DNA of 12,867 bases from Verrucomicrobiota bacterium (GCA_045046875.1 JASFYY010000040.1:1-12867), one strand, 5' to 3'. Positions 1-8,652 are shown, numbered from the stretch's first letter. Numbers and translations: made by a program. Notes: generated from the sequence alone by a model not told the origin.

Positions 1-13
1 GCTATATCATTGA

Positions 14-160
14 GCACCGTTGGTGCAAAAGAGATGAAAGCAAACTGTCCTGTAAGGACAAAATGTGATAGCCCAGTGCGAAGCGCTGGGGTTAAATCGG
101 TTTTATTGCCAGCCCTGAGCCGGAGCGTAGCGTAGACAGCCGAAGGCAACGGACGAAATG
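14..160. repeat. Cluster of short REP-like palindromes
   Basis: Hairpins GCACC-gtt-GGTGC (14-26), TGTCCT-gta-AGGACA (46-60), CCCAGTGC-gaa-GCGCTGGG (72-90, one G-T pair) and GCC-gaa-GGC (139-147) in non-coding DNA; mostly GNA triloops. Confidence 0.6.
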
Positions 161-314
161 ATGTTGAGGTGTGATAAGGTGGTTTTCAACAAGCTATAGC
201 TAACTTTTTTGTCCTACACCCCCGCAACTCACAGATTCACACAAAAACCTTATCCCCATTTCGAATGGTCAAACACACAGGTAAGCCCCCCTGTTCAAGC
301 AATCCTGCCCACCA

Positions 315-1682
315 TCACTGACCTATTGCGAAAAGATGTCGTGACCCGCGAACAAAAAGCGTTCCGCCACCGATGGCCGGTGTGGCCATGATGGGCTCGC
401 CAATCGAATTGGTGGCCAGTAATTTGAACTGCGGTCCCGCCGCCATCACGTACACGGTGCCGTCTTCGCTTCCGAGATAGATGCGACCATCGGCACTGAC
501 CGCGGACGCGCTGAAACCGTCGGTGACTTCGGGCATGCGTCGGTAGTAGTGTTCGGCACCCGTCTTGAGATCATACGCACCGACGATACCACTATTGCCT
601 AGTGTGTGAACAACATTGCCCACGATGATCGGCGTCGGCATGTATGGACCGCGCTTGGTCTTACTCCACGCCACTGACGGATTTAAAGTCGCCCCCCTGG
701 CAAGGGTGATGTCGCCGACCGCACCCGGGCGAATGGCAAAAATCGGACGTTCCGGCGAACGACCGCTGGCAACGATGATTCGATCCTTTGAGCAAATCGG
801 CGTCGGTGCGGTGATCTTCGAACTGCCGCCCAAACGCCACAGTTCCTGGCCGGTCTCCAGGTCGTAAGCGCGAATGAAGTTTGATCCATTGGTGACCAAT
901 TCGGCGCGCTCGCCCCTGTAAACCGTCGGTGTCCCCCACGACGGCAATTCGTCACGCGCGGTATTCCAAATGGTCTTGCCGGTCTTCAAGTCAATCGCTC
1001 GAACAAAAGACCCGTTCTGCGTATCGCACTGAACAAACACTTTATTGTCGTAAATCACCGGCGAACTGGCAGACCCCCACTCAAAGGTCGGCGCGTCGTA
1101 AGCACCAACATCCAGGCGCCCCAGATCGTGACTCCATAGCGCTTTGCCAGCTGCGCTGAACGCAAACAGACCTTGGGATCCAAACATCGCAACCACGGTT
1201 TCGCCGTCGGTCGCGGGCGTGGCGTTGGCATAGGTCGCTTTGATATGGCGCTTGTCTTTAGGAACTCCTTGAGTGGCGGTTTTTGACCAAAGGGTTTTTC
1301 CGCTTCCGGCATCCAGGCAGATCACCTGCCACTGATGCAGCGATTGGTCCCTCGACGCTTCACCCGATCCATAGAGTCCTGGTTTGAACGACGCGCCGTC
1401 TTTGCTGCTGAGCGCTGTCGTCAAATAAAGGCGATCCCCCCAGAGGATCGGACTGGAGTGCGCCAGTCCTGGAATCGGAACTTTGAAGCGAATATTCTCA
1501 CCCGATTTCACCCTCCATTTCAACGGAAGATTCTGATCTGCCGCTACACCCGAAGCGTGCCACCCTCGAAACGAGGGCCACCGCGCCATGGGCTTCCTGG
1601 CAAACAGTGGTGTGGCTGAAAAAAACAATCCGCCTACCACGAATTGACGACGCGAAAACTGAACTCGACTCAGACCTTTCAC
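315..1682 (-). CDS. PQQ-binding-like (BamB-type) beta-propeller repeat protein with probable Tat signal
   Basis: WPSFRG N-terminal motif, repeated SSP/ATP...W propeller blades, C-terminal ATPAI...LFVRG..HLFAIG. Start placed at GTG 1682, which overlaps the upstream TGA (GTGA); it is followed by an SRRQFV twin-arginine motif. Confidence 0.88.
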   Translation of the reverse strand: MKGLSRVQFSRRQFVVGGLFFSATPLFARKPMARWPSFRGWHASGVAADQNLPLKWRVKSGENIRFKVPIPGLAHSSPILWGDRLYLTTALSSKDGASFKPGLYGSGEASRDQSLHQWQVICLDAGSGKTLWSKTATQGVPKDKRHIKATYANATPATDGETVVAMFGSQGLFAFSAAGKALWSHDLGRLDVGAYDAPTFEWGSASSPVIYDNKVFVQCDTQNGSFVRAIDLKTGKTIWNTARDELPSWGTPTVYRGERAELVTNGSNFIRAYDLETGQELWRLGGSSKITAPTPICSKDRIIVASGRSPERPIFAIRPGAVGDITLARGATLNPSVAWSKTKRGPYMPTPIIVGNVVHTLGNSGIVGAYDLKTGAEHYYRRMPEVTDGFSASAVSADGRIYLGSEDGTVYVMAAGPQFKLLATNSIGEPIMATPAIGGGTLFVRGSRHLFAIGQ

Positions 1683-2275
1683 TTGGCCACCTTCGTAAAC
1701 TTGGCCGACGCCGTCACCTGGCGCAAAACAGGCCACAGCGGGTGATTTGATTTCTGCGGCGAGACCGACATCGAAAGACGCGATGCGTTCATGTCTGCGA
1801 TCTTGACTGATTCAATCTCAAAGCGAAGTTTTTGCGCCTTGCCCGTCTTGAACGGTTCCACCCAGTCGAGAACAGCGGTGTACTGCCCGTCCTTACCTTC
1901 AACCGGCGTGAGGGCCAATGCGAACTTGTCGGTTTCGATTTTGGGTTGGCGATCTCGCCCCACCGATGCCGCCAGCCCCCGATAGTATTTGAGCAATTCG
2001 GTGTGAATCTGCATCTGCGTCAGCGGCTTCTGATTCGGTAGGTAGAAAACCAGAGCATAAGAGAAAAATTCTTCGTGATCCGGCTTGAACATGCCCGGCG
2101 CAAATCGAATTTCTTCGATGCCTCGCAAGCTCAGATCAGGTGCAAAGCCTGTGGGCAAAATCAACCTTTCCCCGCGCCACTCGGTGTCGAAGGTCACTTG
2201 CACCGAATCGTCGGCAGCAAACGAGACGACGCTGATACAGGCGACGAAAAAACAAAACGAAAAAACCTTGCTCAT
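1679..2275 (-). CDS. Secreted hypothetical protein (198 aa)
   Basis: ATG 2275 has a GGAGGT Shine-Dalgarno 6 nt upstream (2282-2287), a hydrophobic signal peptide ending SFA-ADD, and 4-bp overlaps with both neighbours. Confidence 0.8.
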   Translation of the reverse strand: MSKVFSFCFFVACISVVSFAADDSVQVTFDTEWRGERLILPTGFAPDLSLRGIEEIRFAPGMFKPDHEEFFSYALVFYLPNQKPLTQMQIHTELLKYYRGLAASVGRDRQPKIETDKFALALTPVEGKDGQYTAVLDWVEPFKTGKAQKLRFEIESVKIADMNASRLSMSVSPQKSNHPLWPVLRQVTASAKFTKVAK

Positions 2276-3087
2276 GAGAATACCTCCGTGAAAACCCAAG
2301 TGCTGTAAATTTTCTTTTTCACTCCCCCAGCCCTCTTGACCGCCGTAGTCGCGCTTCCGCTGGACGAAGGAGGTTTCGTTGCCTTACTAGGATTGAAGGG
2401 GGTCAGCTCAATTTTTCGAAACTCCACTTCCGCCCCTTCCGCCTGAATCGCGATCTGTCCCTGGTCGACGGTACAATTAAAACCGTGATTCACCAACTCA
2501 CCATTGAGGTGGACCTTTATCTCTTTTCCCGTGCATTCGATCACAAAACGGTTCCACTCTCCGAGCGGCTTTTCAGAATCGTCGGTCAGGTTGAAAATGC
2601 GTCGGGAATCCCCCTGCATGCCACCCCACTTCTGGTCTTTTCCACGCGGCCGACGCCGTTCCATATCAGGAACTTCAATATTCTCGCCGATGCACCAGAA
2701 GTCCCCGGCATGCCCGGAGTTCATCTGAACCTCGATCGATGACGGAAACATATTACTCAATACCCGCGGGGTGGAGCTATGTGCCAGCACACCGCAGTTG
2801 CCCGGCTTTCCTGGAAATCGATATTCGACCACCAGCTTGTAGTTGGAATATGATTTATCAGTGATCAGATGTCCGCGTGGCATCCCTAGACTGACCAGCA
2901 TCCCATCGCGAACGATGAAGCTCGGCGCAAGGTTGGTGTCTTTGTCGGCAGCAGGAATATCGGCATGCCAGCCGCTGAGGTCTTTGCCGTTGAACAGCGG
3001 GATAATTTTACTTTCACCGGACTTCTTGTCGTCCGCGAAAATAAACAAGGGTGCAAGGATGAAGGCGGTAATGAAGGGAATTCTCAT
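2272..3087 (-). CDS. DUF1080 / 3-keto-disaccharide hydrolase family protein
   Basis: LFNGKDLSGW, GHLITDKSYSNYKLVVEYR, GNCGV, IEVQ, GEWN and IAIQAEGAEVEFRKIEL are typical DUF1080 motifs; signal peptide from ATG 3087; atypical ~40-aa C-terminal tail. Confidence 0.9.
   Translation of the reverse strand: MRIPFITAFILAPLFIFADDKKSGESKIIPLFNGKDLSGWHADIPAADKDTNLAPSFIVRDGMLVSLGMPRGHLITDKSYSNYKLVVEYRFPGKPGNCGVLAHSSTPRVLSNMFPSSIEVQMNSGHAGDFWCIGENIEVPDMERRRPRGKDQKWGGMQGDSRRIFNLTDDSEKPLGEWNRFVIECTGKEIKVHLNGELVNHGFNCTVDQGQIAIQAEGAEVEFRKIELTPFNPSKATKPPSSSGSATTAVKRAGGVKKKIYSTWVFTEVFS
2301..2347. repeat. Direct repeat, copy 1 (partner 3111-3158)
   Basis: TCCCCCAGCCCTCTTGACCGCCGTA is identical at 2323-2347 and 3134-3158; the preceding ~22 bp are also similar (TGCTG[T/G]AAATTTT[C/G]TTTT). 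Confidence 0.9.
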
Positions 3088-3110
3088 GATGACGGCGATG
3101 TAAACGTTAC

Positions 3111-3158
3111 TGCTGGAAATTTTGTTTTCCCAATCCCCCAGCCCTCTTGACCGCCGTA
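3111..3158. repeat. Direct repeat, copy 2 (partner 2301-2347)
   Basis: Same 25-bp exact core; runs into the degenerate REP-like CCGCCGTAAACTCGGCGAAGGG. Confidence 0.9.
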
Positions 3159-3243
3159 AACTCGGCGAAGGGAATTTTGTTACCAAACTGGGCTTGGAGG
3201 GAATCAAGACGGAGGAAGGGGTTTATGCCATTCATTTTTGATG

Positions 3244-3272
3244 ATTAAAACACGTGCTTTTTCCGCCGTCAA
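3244..3272 (-). promoter_or_regulatory. Sigma70-type promoter for the DUF1080 operon
   Basis: Minus strand reads TTGACG-N17-TTTAAT with TG at the extended -10 position. Confidence 0.6.
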
Positions 3273-3282
3273 GCCCCACGTC

Positions 3283-3311
3283 TTGCACCGCCGCCTCTTT
3301 CTGAGTATGGT
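3283..3311 (+). promoter_or_regulatory. Sigma70-type promoter, probably giving a leaderless mRNA
   Basis: TTGCAC-N17-TATGGT ends 7 nt before ATG 3319; no Shine-Dalgarno present. Confidence 0.5.
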
Positions 3312-3318
3312 CGACGGC

Positions 3319-4599
3319 ATGCGTTCGGTTATCACCATTCTGTTCCTATCCCTGGTTCTTCCATGCTCCGACTCCGCAGCTCAGGAGTGGACACGCTTCC
3401 GTGGCCCCAATGGGTCCGGGATCAGCGCCGCTACCAGCATCCCTGTCAAATGGAGCGCAAGTGATTACAACTGGCAGATCGACCTGCCAGTACAGGGCAG
3501 CAGTTCCCCTGTGTTATGGGGCAGGCAACTCTTTCTAACTGGCGATGATGCAGAGGACGGTCAGCGCAGTATTCTCTGCATCAACGCGAACAACGGTCAG
3601 ATTCAATGGCGACGCGATTATCCCATCAAGTCTCACTACTTGCATCGAGACAACGATTTCACCTCCGCAACCCCCTGTGTTGACAAAGACGGCGTGATCT
3701 TCGTCTGGTCCAACCCGGAACAGGTTCTTATGACGGCGCTAAGCTTGGATGGGCAGGAAATGTGGAGTCGGGATCTTGGCCCCTATAAAGGACTGCACGG
3801 CTCTTCGAATTCTCCGATCATCGCCGACGGCTTGGTGATACTGGCGAATGATCAGATGGATCCGAAGCGCTTTGCCTATTACCTGCCCAAGGACACGAAT
3901 ATGGAACCAGGAAAGAGCTTTCTGATTGCCCTCGACCGAAAAACCGGTGAGACACGTTGGAAAGTGGATAGAAAATCTGAACTAGCCGGTTACGCAACGC
4001 CTTGCATCCGCCGCTCGGGTGGTCGAGCAGAAGCTATTTTTTCCAGCACGGCACACGGTATCACTGCGGTCAATCTACAAAGTGGCCGCATTACTTGGGA
4101 AATTGACAATATCTGGGATAACCGCACGGTCAGCTCACCGCAGCTATTCGGTGAGCTGGTATTCGGCAGTTTTGGCAAAGGCCTGTCCGGGCAGCGTTTT
4201 GTCGCCGTTCGTCCCGAGAAACCTGGCAGCGCGAAAGGCGAGCTGGTCTATGATGTAACAAAAAATGTACCGCTTGTTCCCAGTTTTGTGGTCAAAGACA
4301 AGCTTATCTATTTATGGACCGACAGCGGTGTCGTCACCTGTCTTGACGCAGCGACCGGAAAACTGCATTGGCGGGAGCGTATCGGAGGCGAATACTACAG
4401 CTCACCCATCTGGATCCAGGGACGCTTGTATGGCATCAGCAAGCGTGGTCAGGTAGTGGTTCTGGCAGCCAGCACAAAGTTTGAGGTGTTGGCACGAACG
4501 GAACTCGGCGAAAAGACATTTGCCACCCCTGCCGTCGCCGATGGTGTGATGTATCTGCGCACCCAATCGCGTTTGTACTCATTGGGGAAAGCGCGGTAG
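3319..4599 (+). CDS. PQQ-binding-like (BamB-type) beta-propeller repeat protein, Sec signal
   Basis: Signal peptide MRSVITILFLSLVL..AAQ, then EWTRFRGPNGSG, repeated SSP..W blades, C-terminal ATPAVADGVMYLRT..RLYSLG. Confidence 0.9.
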   Translation: MRSVITILFLSLVLPCSDSAAQEWTRFRGPNGSGISAATSIPVKWSASDYNWQIDLPVQGSSSPVLWGRQLFLTGDDAEDGQRSILCINANNGQIQWRRDYPIKSHYLHRDNDFTSATPCVDKDGVIFVWSNPEQVLMTALSLDGQEMWSRDLGPYKGLHGSSNSPIIADGLVILANDQMDPKRFAYYLPKDTNMEPGKSFLIALDRKTGETRWKVDRKSELAGYATPCIRRSGGRAEAIFSSTAHGITAVNLQSGRITWEIDNIWDNRTVSSPQLFGELVFGSFGKGLSGQRFVAVRPEKPGSAKGELVYDVTKNVPLVPSFVVKDKLIYLWTDSGVVTCLDAATGKLHWRERIGGEYYSSPIWIQGRLYGISKRGQVVVLAASTKFEVLARTELGEKTFATPAVADGVMYLRTQSRLYSLGKAR

Positions 4600-4829
4600 C
4601 TGCACATTTCGTCTCTCGCACAAGTTTCACCTTATTCCAATACCTCCTCTGACTTACATATTATTATAACTCACTCAAATAATGAGACTTATGGACGATT
4701 TTACTCCTTAAAAACAACAGGATACAGAACACCCCTTGCTTGGCCTCGCAATCCCCATTATTATCGAAACCCTATTCCTGCATCCCATTCTGTAAAATTT
4801 CGTAAATTCTGTCTAAAGACGCTCAACAC

Positions 4830-5531
4830 ATGAAACCACACGTCCAACTTGCCGAGGCCACTATGGCCAATGGCACCCGCTTCTCCCTGCATCAACACGA
4901 CGGGAAGTTCTACCTCAATTACAATGGGAACGAACTGATGAGCACCGACCACACCTATTCCGAGCGACTGCTGGCCGACATCGGATGTGCCGCCCTGCTC
5001 AAGGAAAAGTCCTCCTCCCCAGCTCATCCCCGCGTCCTCATCGGCGGTTTAGGCATGGGCTTCACCCTCAAACGCGCCCTGGAACTTGTCCGCCGTCCCG
5101 CCACCGTGGAGGTCGCAGAACTGATCCCGGAGCTGGTGGAGTGGAACCGCACTTTTCTGGTCGAACACAACGGTCCCCTGCTCGACGATCAGCGCACCAA
5201 AATCTACCACGGCGATCTCTTCGACTGCATCTCGAGTGCTAGTAAAAACAGCTACGACGCACTGCTGCTCGACATCGACAACACCCCGGACGACCTCATC
5301 ACTCCTGGGAATGCACGACTCTATACGCCCGATTTCCTTGCGGCGATTCGGAGATCCCTCAAGCCCGGCGGATGTGTGGCCTACTGGCTCTCGGAGCCTG
5401 CACCCAACTTTAAGAAAAAGCTTAGAAAAGCCCACTTCGACGTCGAAGAATTCGCCGCCAAGTCACATGAAAATTCAAAACGCGCGCGCCACTGCATCTA
5501 CATCGCTCGGCCTCGCCGTGATCAAACTTAA
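4830..5531 (+). CDS. Spermidine synthase-like SAM-dependent methyltransferase-fold protein
   Basis: ELMST...SE..LA, RVLIGGLGMGFTL (SAM-binding motif I), VAEL, YDALLLDIDNTP, L.PGG motifs. Confidence 0.85.
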   Translation: MKPHVQLAEATMANGTRFSLHQHDGKFYLNYNGNELMSTDHTYSERLLADIGCAALLKEKSSSPAHPRVLIGGLGMGFTLKRALELVRRPATVEVAELIPELVEWNRTFLVEHNGPLLDDQRTKIYHGDLFDCISSASKNSYDALLLDIDNTPDDLITPGNARLYTPDFLAAIRRSLKPGGCVAYWLSEPAPNFKKKLRKAHFDVEEFAAKSHENSKRARHCIYIARPRRDQT

Positions 5532-5572
5532 ACTCGAGCTATTGGGGGTGCTTTATTTTTCCGATGCTCTTA

Positions 5573-5610
5573 CTTGGCGAACCTTTGCGACTTGAGCGAA
5601 GCGGGCGAGA
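5573..5610. repeat. Short intergenic REP-like element
   Basis: CTTGGCGA/CTTTGCGA near-tandem followed by TGAGCGAAGCG (5593-5603); this 11-mer recurs inverted at 11172-11182. Confidence 0.4.
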
Positions 5611-5734
5611 TATATCTGAATAAGGACCCGCCTTTTGATTACTAGGTGAAAAAAAAGTTGCCCCTCTTTGAAGTTGATAAATGAAGATGATGAAAGACGG
5701 TTTTCAAACGAAGGCACAAAGTTTTTCAATTCTT

Positions 5735-5752
5735 ATCCGCGTTCATCCGCGG
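5735..5752. repeat. Short 10-bp-period repeat ATCCGCGTTC-ATCCGCGG
   Basis: ATCCGCG at 5735-5741 and 5745-5751 in AT-rich intergenic DNA. Confidence 0.35.
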
Positions 5753-5801
5753 TTAAACTCTTTTTTTGAAGCGCCTGCGTTCTACCTATATAATTCCCCC
5801 C

Positions 5802-6281
5802 CTAAATAACAATCCCCGTAATATCCCCTTCAAAAACCATTTTATCATTAACAAAACCCTGGGATTCAAATACCGCAATTCTCGATCTCAGTTTTTTCGC
5901 TCTTGTGATCATGAGAAAATCACATCCCGGTTCCACACTGCCACGAAACTTCACATTATTTACCCCGGCGAAACCAAAAAACTTTTTCCCGCCGGTATTA
6001 AATTTCAGGTGATAAATAACCGAACTCAACTGAGCCGCCATTTCTATCATCAACACACCAGGCATGATCGGGCGTCCCGGAATATGCCCTCGAGTCCAGA
6101 ATTCCTCGGCAGTCTGTTTTTTGATACCCACAGCAAGCCCTTGCTCGAGATCTAGTGAAATCAGTCGGTCTAATTGCTCAAACTCTTCACGCTGCGCATT
6201 CAGTTCAAGAATCTCTTCTTTAGTAACAGCCACTGCATCTAAGTTGATGTCAGCCAGTTCCAAAATCGGTTGTGATGCCAT
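5802..6281 (-). CDS. fabZ: 3-hydroxyacyl-ACP dehydratase, FabZ/FabA hotdog family
   Basis: RGHIPGRPIMPGVLMIEMAAQ (catalytic His and Glu of FabZ type) and VKFRGSVEPG; start placed at ATG 6281. Confidence 0.85.
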   Translation of the reverse strand: MASQPILELADINLDAVAVTKEEILELNAQREEFEQLDRLISLDLEQGLAVGIKKQTAEEFWTRGHIPGRPIMPGVLMIEMAAQLSSVIYHLKFNTGGKKFFGFAGVNNVKFRGSVEPGCDFLMITRAKKLRSRIAVFESQGFVNDKMVFEGDITGIVI

Positions 6282-6523
6282 TATGTCTAATCCAATCAAT
6301 TACGTGTTAAAATTGCCCCTTTGATACAGGCCGTGGACGAGAACCAAAAGACCGACGCCCCTATCACATACTATCAGAGTGCGTTGACTGCTAGAAATAA
6401 ATGGTAAGCATTTGCAGTTGTGAACCCCCTCAGGAAAAAACGAGAAGCATTTATTTCCAACAACGGTCACAAATACCCACCTCCGGCCTACTTGTATGCT
6501 ACCCTCCCAAGTCCTTCGACATC

Positions 6524-6787
6524 ATGGAAATCACCAACAAAACCAAAAAGCCTCTCAGGGTTCCTCTTCCAGCCGGAAAAAAACTCTTCTTGAACCCGGG
6601 AAAGTCCGGACAGATCACCCCGGCGGCGGCCACACGTCCTGCTGTGGTTAAACTGATTGAAACAGGAGACGTTGAACTCTCTGAAGAGGGCACCAAACGA
6701 CAAGGTGGAGATAGTTCCGGCAGCACCGTTTCCAGTGTTTCACGCGACGGTAGATCCGGAGCCATGCGGCAGTCCGGTGACAAATAA
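6524..6787 (+). CDS. Small hypothetical protein (87 aa)
   Basis: MEITNKTKKPLRVPLPAGKKLFLNPGKSGQI looks protein-like, with a G/S-rich disordered tail; best ORF in the gap between fabZ and the 6901-8652 gene. Confidence 0.65.
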   Translation: MEITNKTKKPLRVPLPAGKKLFLNPGKSGQITPAAATRPAVVKLIETGDVELSEEGTKRQGGDSSGSTVSSVSRDGRSGAMRQSGDK

Positions 6788-6900
6788 GTGGCGCCCCTTA
6801 GCCGTAGTCATTATTACTACGCCAACTCACGTTCACGTGGCAACGCCCTTTTCCTCCGTGAGCTGCCACATGAAGCACTTATCTTCACTGGTGAAGTAAT

Positions 6901-8652
6901 TTAACGAGATCGGGCTCCGTTGACGATGATCGTGACCGTGGCCTTACGATCCACCAAAGGCGCTGTTCCACCAATCACATAGGTGAATGTATCGACGATC
7001 GAACCACCTTCGCCTACATTCCGGAGAGTCGCCGAATCCGTCGGATCGTAGTCGAAGCTCCCGTCCGCGTTCACTTTAACTACAGCCCCTTTCGCACTGA
7101 GGGCATCATAGTCAATCACATCAGTGACCGGCCCCAAAACTGCCGCACGGACTTCCTGTAAGGTGAAATAATTTTTTCTCTCTCTGCTTGAATTCCGGGC
7201 AATGATACGGATCTGGTCAATCGTCTTACCCACAGCCAGCTCTACGTCCGTCGTAGAAACCCGCAGATGTTGGGGAGCGCCATCTGGTATTGCCAAGCCT
7301 GTGGCAATACCCTGGGATTTCCCCCCGCTGAGAAACTCGACATCAAAATCATTGTCACGGTTAACGCCTCGTGCATAGTCAATGCGGCCATACAAATCAA
7401 ACACCAGCTTCCCACCTTCAGCGAGCATCACTTCTGCTGCAATGTCATAGGTGATGATGACCGTCTCGCCAGCCGTCTCCTCAGTGTGAAAAGAATTAGA
7501 TTTTGAATAATCCAATTCAGGCAGTGATACCGTCGGATCAGAAGGGTCATAGGCAAATCCATCCGTCAGTGTGTTGCCTATCGATGACTCATTGTTAATG
7601 ACGGTAGCCACAGGCAATCCGTCCGATAACCTCACGGCGGTTGAATCAGTCAAGGTCAGCTCGCGAAAGTTCTGCAGGACACCGCTAAGGGCGGCATCCT
7701 CATTGGTGCGAAAAGTATTGCTCCGCCCACGCCCATTAACTGTGACAGTAACCGTGGCGGTGCGATCTGCCAGCGGTGCCTTACCGGCGACCACATAGGT
7801 GAACGTATCGTCAAGCGATTCACCTATGTTCAAAGCCTGGAGAGCGATCGCACTCGTCGGGTCAAAACTGAAACTCCCATCCGCGTTCACCACCACCTCC
7901 GCTCCGTTTTTACTGGTGGCATCGTGGCTTATTACCGCCGGCGAAACGGTCTTCAAGAACGCTGCCCGGACTTCCTGTAAGGTGAAATAATTAGGGTCGC
8001 CAAGCCCGTTTGAATCCCGCGCAACGATCCGAATCTGATCAACCGTAGTTCCTACATCCACTGACGCTTCAATCGTCGACACTCTGACGTGCTCGGGAGA
8101 TGGCGGGTATTGAGCTGCTTGAATAATTACTCCCGCAACGGTATTCCCCACAATCACTCCATCACTGAGAAATTCCACGTCAAAATCATCATCCCTATCA
8201 GGGGGGGCCGTTGGTTTGCTTCCATACAAATCAAACACAATCACCCTACCTGCAGTCAGGGTTGTCCCGGCAATATCGTAGCTAATGATGATTGTCTCAC
8301 CGGCTGGCTCGTTAGCGACAAATGAATTTTTCGCCGAGTAATTCAGCGCAGGCAACGTGGCAGTAGGATTCAGGGGATCGTAAACAAATCCATCAGTCAA
8401 CGTATTGCCAATCAGGGTACGTCCATAGGTCGTCACAGGCAGTCTATCCTGCCCTACCGCCATCGGATTGCTCAGCGCAAGCGTCAATTCGTTCCGTAAC
8501 ACTCCTGGAGCTGCCACATTCAGTGCTTCGTTTTCATCCGTGGAGTAGTTCGGATCGTCTTTCACCAGTGCCTGTCCCCGACCACTGGTGAGCGATATCA
8601 GCAGTGTTGCGAAAATCGCGGCTATTCTGGGAACTCGATAGCTATGTTTCAT
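6901..8652 (-). CDS. Secreted protein with two tandem VCBS/cadherin-like Ig repeats, each carrying an inserted ~180-aa domain
   Basis: Signal peptide; DD..Y.TDE...GVL.N and GA.V.VNADGSF..DP...L..GE...DTFTY...ATVT..VNG occur twice; 26-bp exact internal DNA identity at 7148-7173 and 7967-7992. Confidence 0.85.
   Translation of the reverse strand: MKHSYRVPRIAAIFATLLISLTSGRGQALVKDDPNYSTDENEALNVAAPGVLRNELTLALSNPMAVGQDRLPVTTYGRTLIGNTLTDGFVYDPLNPTATLPALNYSAKNSFVANEPAGETIIISYDIAGTTLTAGRVIVFDLYGSKPTAPPDRDDDFDVEFLSDGVIVGNTVAGVIIQAAQYPPSPEHVRVSTIEASVDVGTTVDQIRIVARDSNGLGDPNYFTLQEVRAAFLKTVSPAVISHDATSKNGAEVVVNADGSFSFDPTSAIALQALNIGESLDDTFTYVVAGKAPLADRTATVTVTVNGRGRSNTFRTNEDAALSGVLQNFRELTLTDSTAVRLSDGLPVATVINNESSIGNTLTDGFAYDPSDPTVSLPELDYSKSNSFHTEETAGETVIITYDIAAEVMLAEGGKLVFDLYGRIDYARGVNRDNDFDVEFLSGGKSQGIATGLAIPDGAPQHLRVSTTDVELAVGKTIDQIRIIARNSSRERKNYFTLQEVRAAVLGPVTDVIDYDALSAKGAVVKVNADGSFDYDPTDSATLRNVGEGGSIVDTFTYVIGGTAPLVDRKATVTIIVNGARSR

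Noticed and set aside
209..1619. Small ORFs overlapping the first beta-propeller gene
   Set aside because: Antisense or alternate-frame shadows of a well-supported GC-rich CDS.
3088..3318. Longer N-termini given by the ORF track (3207 and 3238 starts)
   Set aside because: The extensions precede clear signal peptides and overlap the repeat or promoter elements; the downstream ATGs fit better.
315..4599. Calling the propeller proteins bamB or PQQ dehydrogenases
   Set aside because: No lipobox or dehydrogenase-specific features are recognisable; they fit the expanded paralogous PQQ-like repeat family of unknown function.
4830..5531. Gene symbol speE
   Set aside because: It is short and lacks the canonical GGGDG motif and the N-terminal domain of true spermidine synthases; only the fold-level call is supported.
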